Program-made: the position numbers and the translations under genes
Virus record (IMG/VR): IMGVR_UViG_3300014208_000002
Span: 1 to 64,000 of that record
Length of the DNA stretch: 64,000 nucleotides
Direction: 5' to 3' (one strand)
Source of the DNA: a virus
Taxonomy: Duplodnaviria > Caudoviricetes
The notes under the pieces: model-generated
Database searches by the model: none
Seen by the model: only the letters and a program-made list of their open reading frames with translations
Told to the model about the DNA's origin: nothing
In this document: in pieces, positions 1-7,971 of the stretch
How positions within the stretch are numbered: position 1 is the stretch's first letter
How the letters are laid out: each line of letters opens with the position of its first letter

Positions 1-2
1 CC

Positions 3-104
3 TTCAAGATTATGAAAGTTCAGCAGAAAATCGGTAGTACAGTAATTATTGTTTTGGCAGTAATAGTAGTTGGTGAAACTATTTGGATTATTTATAGGAG
101 GTGA
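3..104 (+). CDS. 3' end of a truncated gene; C-terminal transmembrane segment
   Basis: Open frame FKIMKVQQKIGSTVIIVLAVIVVGETIWIIYRR ending TGA at 102-104, overlapping the AGGAGGTG RBS of the next gene. Confidence 0.55.
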   Translation, partial: FKIMKVQQKIGSTVIIVLAVIVVGETIWIIYRR

Positions 105-109
105 AATAG

Positions 110-670
110 ATGCAATTGATTAGAAATCTAAAAGAAAAATATGGTGTCTCTTATGATTATCACTCAGTTCAAATAAATATAAATAAGATGCTATCAGAGA
201 AAGATTATTTCTTTTATGATCTTCAAGCAAGAATTCAAGAAAAAAATCTGTATATTGATCCAGAAGATAATTCTTTAGGAAGAGAAAACCAACCTCATGT
301 TACTGTTCTCTATGGTCTAACAGATGACCGTGATTGTTTTAGAATTGGAAAGTTCCTTAAAAAAATTCCTTATTTTTATATTACATTGGGAAAGATTTCA
401 TTATTTACAAATGACCCTAATTATGATGTAGTAAAAGTAGAAATTATATCGCCGGAACTTGTACTAATTAGTAATAAAATTAGAGATAATTGTGATAATG
501 AAAATAAATATCCTGATTATCAACCTCATATGACTTTAGCCTATGTAAAAAAAGGAGCTTTAATAAATACAGAAAATAATATTTATGAGGGAAAAAAGAT
601 TTTAGTTAAAGAGTTTGAGTTCTCCCATAAAGAAAATATTTATGTAAGTTTAGAGTTAAAGAAGGAATAA
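110..670 (+). CDS. 2H phosphoesterase (2'-5' RNA ligase-like / T4 gp57B-Acb1-like fold)
   Basis: Two HxT motifs, QPHVTVLY and QPHMTLAY, about 75 aa apart; strong RBS. Confidence 0.8.
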   Translation: MQLIRNLKEKYGVSYDYHSVQININKMLSEKDYFFYDLQARIQEKNLYIDPEDNSLGRENQPHVTVLYGLTDDRDCFRIGKFLKKIPYFYITLGKISLFTNDPNYDVVKVEIISPELVLISNKIRDNCDNENKYPDYQPHMTLAYVKKGALINTENNIYEGKKILVKEFEFSHKENIYVSLELKKE

Positions 671-673
671 ACT

Positions 674-1219
674 ATGAAATATTTAAATCATGAAGTTATT
701 GATAATTCTATTCGGGTTGGAACTAAGTTTGATGATCCCAATACCCCTAGTCATGAAAAGGATTCTGTTATTACAGATGTTAGGGGTGGAGAAGTTAAAG
801 CTAAAGATATAAAAAATGATGACCCAATAAGCACTGTTCCCCGAAAAGATTTTGATAACTATCGAAGGGATCAGCAAGAAAGTACTGATATTCATAAAAA
901 TCTTGCTTCAAAAAAGGAAAATAGAATGAAAAAGATAATAGTTAAAAAAGCTGTTAGAGTAGAAGGTTATATTCTCGAAGCCGGGGATATTCTTATTCTT
1001 AAAGAAACTGCTACAGAGCGGGTCGAGGATGATAAGGAAAAAATTGAACGAACGAAAAAGGATTTAGAGATTGCCACAGAAAATGATGAAACTCAAAAAA
1101 TGGCAGATTTGAAAGCGGAGTTGAATAAACTAAAACTTCAACTCGCAAAGGATACTGTTGATCAAGATAAGGAAAAAGGCAATGAACCTCCAAAAGAGGA
1201 TTTAGAGAAAAAGGAATAA
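674..1219 (+). CDS. hypothetical charged protein, possibly virion-internal; possible internal start at 926
   Basis: 181-aa ORF, D/E/K-rich with coiled-coil-like C-terminus; AAGGA precedes ATG 926. Confidence 0.7.
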   Translation: MKYLNHEVIDNSIRVGTKFDDPNTPSHEKDSVITDVRGGEVKAKDIKNDDPISTVPRKDFDNYRRDQQESTDIHKNLASKKENRMKKIIVKKAVRVEGYILEAGDILILKETATERVEDDKEKIERTKKDLEIATENDETQKMADLKAELNKLKLQLAKDTVDQDKEKGNEPPKEDLEKKE

Positions 1220-1223
1220 TTTT

Positions 1224-1231
1224 TACTAATA
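1224..1231 (+). promoter_or_regulatory. candidate late promoter TACTAATA
   Basis: Intergenic copy of the recurring motif, 15 nt before ATG 1247. Confidence 0.65.
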
Positions 1232-1246
1232 GAAAAGGAGCATATT

Positions 1247-1618
1247 ATGAATAAGAGATATTTAGTTAAAGAAGAAACAAAGATTCCTGGAACAGATATA
1301 ATTCTTGAATCTGGAGATAGCTTTGAAGTGTTAGAGGAAAGCACACGAATATTTGATAAATATATTAACCCCTCTTTAAATAATCTTTTTGCTCATCCGA
1401 CGAATTGGATAAATAAATTAACCCTTCTTCTAAACGAAATTGATTTAGCTCTCCATGATGCGATAGAAGATAAAGAAACAATAAAGAAAGTAAAGAGTAA
1501 ATTTATTCTATTGCTCCGAGAGAATCTTAAAAATGAAATGCGAAATCCGGGGCTTGGAACTGAAATTGATACCCCTGCTTCAAGAGGTTATGGCGACAAT
1601 GTTCAAGTCTATCGATAA
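1247..1618 (+). CDS. hypothetical protein sharing a short module with 674..1219
   Basis: RYLVKEETKIPGTDIILESGDSFEVLEE resembles KIIVKKAVRVEGYILEAGDILILKE; AAGGAG RBS. Confidence 0.7.
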   Translation: MNKRYLVKEETKIPGTDIILESGDSFEVLEESTRIFDKYINPSLNNLFAHPTNWINKLTLLLNEIDLALHDAIEDKETIKKVKSKFILLLRENLKNEMRNPGLGTEIDTPASRGYGDNVQVYR

Positions 1619-1628
1619 GGAATAATAG

Positions 1629-2363
1629 ATGCCCAGTTTTTTTTCATACGACACAGCTTTCATAAATTCTTTTTATGCTATGGATATTGCTATAGAGAAC
1701 TATCTAAAAGAGTGGATATTTCCTAACGAGACTAATTTATCTCGGATAGAATATGCCAGCAACGAATATACTTTCCGCCAAAGAACAGCCAACAATAACG
1801 GCGTATTAAATCTTCCCTATATTAACTACCATGTTAAAGCTGGAGGGATAACTTACAACAATGATTTTAATTGGCGTAATTTCTCTGCTTATAATACTGG
1901 GATATTTGTAGATGAGCTTGGTAAAAATATTCAACTCATGCCAATTAGTGTAGATTATGAATGTACCTTTTGGTGTACTCGGGATGATGAAGCAAAATAC
2001 ATAAATAGTAAAGTTATTCATAATTTAGGAACTACCAGAACACCGCTTCCCTTTTCTGTAATGGTAAAAACTACCGAAATTCCATTATTCAATCGTCTTG
2101 TTTTTGATATGTCAGAAATAGATGGGCAGTATACAGAACGGGATTGGCTTGAAAGAAATAAAATTCATAGTGTAACTATGGATTTTCATGTTATGGGTTT
2201 TGCTCTACAAACAACTGCTGATGCTGATGACCCTGTTCTTCCTACCAGTATAATTTACGAATTTACCACAGCCCATGAAATAGATGAGGCATATACAGAG
2301 GCAGAAAGATACACTTTTATTATAGATCGTTTTAATGAGACTGTAACACCGGAAACCCCTTAG
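1629..2363 (+). CDS. probable tail completion / sheath-stabilising protein (T4 gp15-like position)
   Basis: 244 aa; LPYINYH and PISVDYECTFW segments typical of tail-terminator-like proteins; lies upstream of the sheath gene. Confidence 0.5.
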   Translation: MPSFFSYDTAFINSFYAMDIAIENYLKEWIFPNETNLSRIEYASNEYTFRQRTANNNGVLNLPYINYHVKAGGITYNNDFNWRNFSAYNTGIFVDELGKNIQLMPISVDYECTFWCTRDDEAKYINSKVIHNLGTTRTPLPFSVMVKTTEIPLFNRLVFDMSEIDGQYTERDWLERNKIHSVTMDFHVMGFALQTTADADDPVLPTSIIYEFTTAHEIDEAYTEAERYTFIIDRFNETVTPETP

Positions 2364-2375
2364 AGATTAAAAAGC

Positions 2376-2383
2376 TACTAATA
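2376..2383 (+). promoter_or_regulatory. candidate late promoter (C)TACTAATA
   Basis: Intergenic motif copy upstream of ATG 2402. Confidence 0.65.
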
Positions 2384-2401
2384 TATAGAAAGGAAGATTT
2401 T

Positions 2402-3178
2402 ATGAGTATAGGCATTTATAAAATAACAAATCTTCTCAATAATAAGGTCTATATTGGACAGTCTTGGAACATAGAAAAAAGATGGATAAATCATAAATGT
2501 AGTAAAACAAAAGACTATTTTTCTAGGGCCTTAAAAAAATATGGAACAGATAATTTTACTTTTGAAATTATTAGGGAAATAAAAGAAGGAAAATTAACCC
2601 AAATTCTTTTAGATTGTTTGGAAGAAAAATATATTAAGCAATTTAATAGTATAGATAGATCAAAAGGATACAACCTAAGAACAGGTGGAAATGGGGGAGG
2701 AAAACACTCTTCTGAGACAAAAAATCTTCTGTCCAGAATAAATTATGAAAGATTTTCTAATCCAAAAGAAATTGAAAAATTACGAAAGGCACATATTGGA
2801 AAAAAACAGTCTTTAATTACTATTGAAAAAAGAAAAAAAGCATTAAAAGGCAGAATCGTTTCAGATAAGACTAGAAAAAAAATATCAAAAAGTAACACTG
2901 GAAAAGTTTGTTCTGAGGAAGCAAAGGAAAAAAATAGACTTTGGCATTTAGGAAAAAAACCAACTAAAGAATCTAAAGAGAAAGCGGCTAAAATCCACTG
3001 TAAAAAAGTTAGATGTATAGAAACGGGCATTATTTATGATTCTATTGGAAAAGCTTGTTTAGAATCGGGAGCAAATAGAGATGGAATTGGTCTTTGCTGT
3101 AAAGGAAAAATAAAAACTTCTGGAAAGTTACATTGGGAATTTTATAATAGTCCTACTAATAAAGAAGAAGAGGTATAA
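2402..3178 (+). mobile_element. free-standing GIY-YIG homing endonuclease with NUMOD3-like repeats and NUMOD1-type HTH
   Basis: GIYKITNLLNNKVYIGQS...R; repeated H/K-S-x-E-T-K/R-x-K motifs; C-terminal KKVRCIETGIIYDSIGKA...CCKGK. Confidence 0.9.
3154..3161 (+). promoter_or_regulatory. candidate late promoter (C)TACTAATA for the sheath gene, inside the endonuclease 3' end
   Basis: Motif copy 20 nt before ATG 3182. Confidence 0.6.
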
Positions 3179-3181
3179 ATT

Positions 3182-5062
3182 ATGTCAAGCTATCGCATAA
3201 ATGTAAATTTGATAGATCAGTCACAAGTAGCAATTGGAGATAGTACAGTAACAGGAGCCATGGTTATTAAGGCTTCTAAAGGCCCAAAAACCCCTATTTA
3301 TATAAATAAAGGGGATACCAATAGACTTATTAGTCTTTATGGTGCGCCTTCTGTAACCCCCACTACTTCCTATACAGATATTTGGGAAGCCATTCAGTTT
3401 AATAATCAAGAAGGGCTTTGGGTTTGTTCCCCTTACGATGTCGCCGCCGATACTCATGGTGGTGTAATGGTAACGGCTTATGGTACAGCCAGTTTAACCG
3501 CAGGGCGATTGGATTCAGCTATTGCAACTCCTGATTTTACTGACGCTCTTCATGCGTGGGATACAGAAACAGTAGGATATGGAAATGCTTCTGATACAGT
3601 ATTTACTCTAACTTTAGCAAATACCCCAATATCAGTGATGACTGCTTCTTATATTAAACTTTATATTGCCGGAGTTGAACAAGCTACTCTTACCATTGCT
3701 GGTGCGGCTCCATATACAATTGCTTTGGCTGGTGTATTAGATGGAACAAACTCTACTCTTAATACTACAACAAAAGCCCTTTCTCTTGACTTTGCTTCTG
3801 CCCCTGCCGCTGGAGTAAAAATTGAAATTAGATATGCCTCCCCTACTACTCTTGCCGCAAGTACAAATTATTTTCAAGTTCTTGCAAAGAGTCCTTATGC
3901 TGATGACCTTGCTCTAAAGGTAACTTATAACTCTTCTGGAGCATATCCCTTCTGGTATCTTGAAGTTGCTCGTCTTACTCTTGGCGCTTGGGTTATCGTA
4001 AATGAATATACAATTTCCTTTACTCCTTTAGCAAAAGACGGATTTGGAAAAAGTATTTATTATGAAGATGTCCTAGAGGATAATGATTTTATTCAAGTTT
4101 TGTATAATTCTAATTGTTCAGTTACCGGTTTTCAGAATGATACAACTTTCACTGCTTTTGACGGTGGCGCACGAACGGTTCCGGGAAGTATTACTACAGC
4201 GATGGTTGTAACTGCTTGGCAACAATTCAGGGCATATCGAACATATCCCGCACAGATTTTTATGTCACCTTTGGCTGACCCCCTCGTTGTACAGGAATTT
4301 GATACACTACGGACGACTTATCAGACCTATGCGAAGTTTATTGTTCCTCTTCCGATAGATGATGATGAAACAGAATCCATTGCTACAAAAGCTGGATACA
4401 GTATAAATGATCGTGGCCTACGGTTCTATTGGAACTGGGGTTTAAATAAGACTCAATATGGTTCTTTCTGGTCTTCTCTTGTTGGGCGCATTGGTGTAAA
4501 ACACGCTCAGATGAAAGATGTATTCTTTGGAAAAGCTCCTGCTTGGATTGATGAACAAAATCACGGTGGACAGCTTGGAACAGGTGTTGTGGAGATGATG
4601 TATGATCCTACAGAGGATGAACTACAGGCACTTGACACCGCCGGAATAAATCCTATTGTATTTGATCCTGTTTATGGCGTAATGATTATGTCTCAAAAAA
4701 CAGCACAGAATCCAGTGCTTCTAAGTGATACTTCTTATATTGGACATAGTGATGTTATTGACTATCTTTTCAATAACATGATTACAAAGGTTCTTACCTA
4801 TCAGGTTTGTAAACTAAATGATGCCCCTCATAGAAGTCTTGCAGTTACTAAGGCATATCAAATTACAGACCCGATTGTATCCTCTGGAGTTCTTGCAGAG
4901 TGTATTCATAAGTGCGATGAGTTTAATAATACTTCCGCAACTATGGCTCAAAGAAAGTTCATTTTCTCTACAGCTATTAAGGTTACACCTTTCTCTGAAA
5001 GAATTGTATTCAACCTTATTGTTACTGAACAAGGTGCAGAGCTTACACAAGTATTGGCTTAA
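3182..5062 (+). CDS. contractile tail sheath protein (T4 gp18-like)
   Basis: 626 aa; N-terminal NLIDQS and ASKGP; C-terminal GINPIVF, CDEFNNT and FSTAIKVTPFSERIVF; followed by tube genes. Confidence 0.9.
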   Translation: MSSYRINVNLIDQSQVAIGDSTVTGAMVIKASKGPKTPIYINKGDTNRLISLYGAPSVTPTTSYTDIWEAIQFNNQEGLWVCSPYDVAADTHGGVMVTAYGTASLTAGRLDSAIATPDFTDALHAWDTETVGYGNASDTVFTLTLANTPISVMTASYIKLYIAGVEQATLTIAGAAPYTIALAGVLDGTNSTLNTTTKALSLDFASAPAAGVKIEIRYASPTTLAASTNYFQVLAKSPYADDLALKVTYNSSGAYPFWYLEVARLTLGAWVIVNEYTISFTPLAKDGFGKSIYYEDVLEDNDFIQVLYNSNCSVTGFQNDTTFTAFDGGARTVPGSITTAMVVTAWQQFRAYRTYPAQIFMSPLADPLVVQEFDTLRTTYQTYAKFIVPLPIDDDETESIATKAGYSINDRGLRFYWNWGLNKTQYGSFWSSLVGRIGVKHAQMKDVFFGKAPAWIDEQNHGGQLGTGVVEMMYDPTEDELQALDTAGINPIVFDPVYGVMIMSQKTAQNPVLLSDTSYIGHSDVIDYLFNNMITKVLTYQVCKLNDAPHRSLAVTKAYQITDPIVSSGVLAECIHKCDEFNNTSATMAQRKFIFSTAIKVTPFSERIVFNLIVTEQGAELTQVLA

Positions 5063-5079
5063 TTAAAAGGAGATAAGAA

Positions 5080-5607
5080 ATGCCTGTATCAGATATTTAT
5101 ACTTTAGCCGATGATGCTCTTCAAAACCTATTTGAAGCAAGTTTCACCGATGATGGAAATGTAAGTGAATTCGCTGGGGATATTGACCTCATAAATATGA
5201 AGCTTAGGGTTACTGAATTTACTAAGCCTGACGCTGGCTTTGATACTTATGAGGTACATTATAAAACTCTTAAAATTGTAAAACCTTCTGGAAAGACAGC
5301 TTTTGCTAATGAATTCTCATTTACAATGAGGATTGACAGAGACTATGCTTGGTATAAATTCTTTGAAAACTGGAATAGAGCAATTTTATCCACAAAGACT
5401 GGAGAATTAGCACTTGATTCTGACGAAAGCAACTATCGTGCGAATATAAAGATTTCTCCTGATGGGCTTGGCTCAGAAGGGTGGGAATTCTATCAGTGTT
5501 TCCCTAAAACTATACCAAGTATTTCTTTTACTCAAGATTCAGGAGAACCTGTTACTTGCGAAATTACTTTCGGGTGTAATAGAATGTCTACTCTTGAGAG
5601 AGAATAA
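5080..5607 (+). CDS. tail tube protein (gp19-like), paralog 1
   Basis: 175 aa after sheath; FSFTMRID...FFENW...F..CFPK.I.SI.F...S..PVTCEITF pattern. Confidence 0.8.
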   Translation: MPVSDIYTLADDALQNLFEASFTDDGNVSEFAGDIDLINMKLRVTEFTKPDAGFDTYEVHYKTLKIVKPSGKTAFANEFSFTMRIDRDYAWYKFFENWNRAILSTKTGELALDSDESNYRANIKISPDGLGSEGWEFYQCFPKTIPSISFTQDSGEPVTCEITFGCNRMSTLERE

Positions 5608-5621
5608 AGTTAGGATATAAA

Positions 5622-6164
5622 ATGCCCGTAACTGATATTTATAGTTTTAAAGATGACGCTCTTAGTAATCTCTTTGAAGCAGAATTCTTCATAGACCGAA
5701 GAGTAAGAAGTATAGCTGACCAAATAGGGTTGGATATTACTAATATGCGTTTAAGAGTAGTAGAGTTTACTAAGCCTGAAATAAGCATAGATACATATGA
5801 ACTTCATTATAAAGCAATGAAGGCCGTAAAAGTTGTTTCAAAAACAAGTTTTGCTAATGAGTTTTCTTTATCTATTCGTGTAGATAGAGATTTTCTTTGG
5901 TACAAATTCTTTGAAAATTGGCAAACAACCATTCTTTCTATGCGAACAGGGGATGTAGCAGGGGACACTGGAACAGTAGAGGACGGAGATAATTATAGAA
6001 CGAATATTCGGGTTATTCCAGATGGATTAGGTTCTACTGATTATTGGGATTTTTGGGAATGTTTTCCTAAGTCTGTTCCAAGTATAACTTTTTCTAATGA
6101 CTCAAGTGAACCAATTATTTGTGAAATAACTTTTGCTTGTAATTTTATGTCTACTCTTATGTAA
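5622..6164 (+). CDS. tail tube protein (gp19-like), paralog 2
   Basis: Colinear, highly similar to 5080..5607 (MPVTDIY, FANEFS, WYKFFENW, CFPK, CEITF). Confidence 0.8.
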   Translation: MPVTDIYSFKDDALSNLFEAEFFIDRRVRSIADQIGLDITNMRLRVVEFTKPEISIDTYELHYKAMKAVKVVSKTSFANEFSLSIRVDRDFLWYKFFENWQTTILSMRTGDVAGDTGTVEDGDNYRTNIRVIPDGLGSTDYWDFWECFPKSVPSITFSNDSSEPIICEITFACNFMSTLM

Positions 6165-6172
6165 GCTTACCT

Positions 6173-6224
6173 CAAAAAAGCTCCTTCTTACTTCTACTAA
6201 TATAGAAGAACTGAAGGAGTTTTT
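6173..6224 (+). promoter_or_regulatory. hairpin sequestering the RBS of 6225, with TACTAATA (6195-6202) at its apex
   Basis: AAAAAGCTCCTTC...GAAGGAGTTTTT outer stem and CTTCTA-ctaata-TAGAAG inner stem. Confidence 0.65.
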
Positions 6225-6749
6225 ATGCCTTTGCCGGAAAACAGAGAAAATCCATTCTTCTCCGCTATTCGTACAGTAAATGCTGTACATACAAATCAAT
6301 GGGAAATAGCAATAGGAAATGAGGGAGATAATATAATATATTTTTTAGCTCGTTCTGTTGGACTCCCTTTTTGGAAATTAGAAACAGAAATGCATCCTGG
6401 AACAGGAGTAACCTATTATACGGGAATGAATCGCTCCCTAGATTTTTCTATTGAGTTTACAGAGACAGAAAATTTTAATTGTTATAAGTATTTTTTAGCA
6501 TGGCAAGATTTGATATTTAATAGATCATCTATGCTTTTTCAAGACCCTGTAGAAGATACTAAAAGATTTTTTACTATAAAATTTGTAAAAATGACGGCGG
6601 CTAATTCAAGAACATCTATAGCAACTTTTAAGCTAGTAGGTGTTTTGATTCAAGGAATGGATGAATATTCTCTTTCTTATGATTCTGGAGAACCATTAGT
6701 AACTAAAGTTAATTTTACTTGTGATAAAGTAGAGATTACTTTCCCATAA
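6225..6749 (+). CDS. tube-like baseplate/tube initiator protein (gp19/gp54 fold), diverged paralog 3
   Basis: FSIEFTETENF...FLAWQ, LSYDSGEPLVTKVNFTCD tube-family pattern. Confidence 0.7.
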   Translation: MPLPENRENPFFSAIRTVNAVHTNQWEIAIGNEGDNIIYFLARSVGLPFWKLETEMHPGTGVTYYTGMNRSLDFSIEFTETENFNCYKYFLAWQDLIFNRSSMLFQDPVEDTKRFFTIKFVKMTAANSRTSIATFKLVGVLIQGMDEYSLSYDSGEPLVTKVNFTCDKVEITFP

Positions 6750-6767
6750 ATACAAAGGAGTTAATTT

Positions 6768-7799
6768 ATGAGTGATAAAATTTTTGTAAAAGATGAGGTT
6801 TCTCCTAGCATGGAGGAGGTAGAAAAGCGGGTAGATAAGAATCTAACTATCCCCCCAGAGTATAAGAAATTTACTTTATCCTCTAATGGAAAGTTATCTA
6901 TACCCGCACAGCTTCATTTTAAAGACTATAATTTTGATGATGCTTTGAAGCTAGGAATGACAGATGATGAAGATATGTTATCCAATCTTATTCAAATATT
7001 AAACGGGTGTGTATTTGAAGATATTGATTGCGCTAATTTTCATGAGAAAGAGATGGAAGAAGTTCTTCTAAATATGTTTTTTAATTTTTGGGGAAAGACA
7101 TTAGAGAAAGCATACCCCTATAAGGATGAAGAGTTAGAGTCCATCAAAAAGAAAAATCCTGAAAAGTATTCAATGATTGTATCTGGAAAAACTATTCCTA
7201 CGGTAGAATTATCTGTAAAGGACTTATCTGATTTTAGCTATCTACCCGATAATTTTAAAGAGCCAATTTGTATAAGAGATGATTTAACTGGAAATACTTA
7301 TAAGTTTATGTTCCCCCGATTAAAACACCTCCTTATTGCAAAGGAGCATTCCGATCAAAAGTTTTTTCAGGATCAAATGAAATTCGCTAAGTTAGAGGAA
7401 GACTTAAAATTTAATAGAAGGGTTGAAGAAGAAGGATTAACTCTTACACCAAAAGAAATAAATCAAGAGTTATATTCTGAATATAAAAAAATGTCTCAGG
7501 AAAAAGTAAATGATTTTCTTATGGTTAGACAGGCACTTCTAATTTCAGGAATGAATAGTAAGGAGTGTAATACTCTCAGTGAAAGGTTAGACGTATATCC
7601 TAAAATAGGTCTTCATGTGTGGCAGATTTTTAACAAGATTGTAGAGGATTATAGCTTTGGAGTAAAACAGGATATCCAAGTGATTTCTCCAATCACAGGT
7701 GAAAAAGTAACTTGTACCTTTCAACTTGAGTTCGTGGACCTCTTACCTTCTAATGACGTACAGCACAGCGATGGATACTCTGTTTCGTTTGGAAATTGA
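6768..7799 (+). CDS. baseplate hub assembly / tail assembly chaperone (gp26-like)
   Basis: Position between tube and tape-measure genes; ends ISPITGEKVTCTFQLEF. Confidence 0.6.
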   Translation: MSDKIFVKDEVSPSMEEVEKRVDKNLTIPPEYKKFTLSSNGKLSIPAQLHFKDYNFDDALKLGMTDDEDMLSNLIQILNGCVFEDIDCANFHEKEMEEVLLNMFFNFWGKTLEKAYPYKDEELESIKKKNPEKYSMIVSGKTIPTVELSVKDLSDFSYLPDNFKEPICIRDDLTGNTYKFMFPRLKHLLIAKEHSDQKFFQDQMKFAKLEEDLKFNRRVEEEGLTLTPKEINQELYSEYKKMSQEKVNDFLMVRQALLISGMNSKECNTLSERLDVYPKIGLHVWQIFNKIVEDYSFGVKQDIQVISPITGEKVTCTFQLEFVDLLPSNDVQHSDGYSVSFGN

Positions 7800-7959
7800 A
7801 ACGGGGATATCAAGAGAACACTATTTACGAAGACCTATGCATGAGATTTTGAGTACGATAAAAAGATTGAAAGAGCATATGAAGGAGAAAAATGAAAGGG
7901 AAAATAATCAATTGAGGGCCTTTGCAGGAATATTTAATTTTGGTGGGAAAAAGAGATAG
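7726..7959 (+). CDS. gp51-like / second tail-chaperone segment, possibly reached by +1 frameshift from 6768..7799
   Basis: +1 frame overlapping the upstream ORF by 74 nt; LKEHMKEKNERENNQ resembles gp51-type C-termini; no clear RBS. Confidence 0.55.
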   Translation: MSSWTSYLLMTYSTAMDTLFRLEIETGISREHYLRRPMHEILSTIKRLKEHMKEKNERENNQLRAFAGIFNFGGKKR

Positions 7960-7971
7960 GAGATTTTTTTC

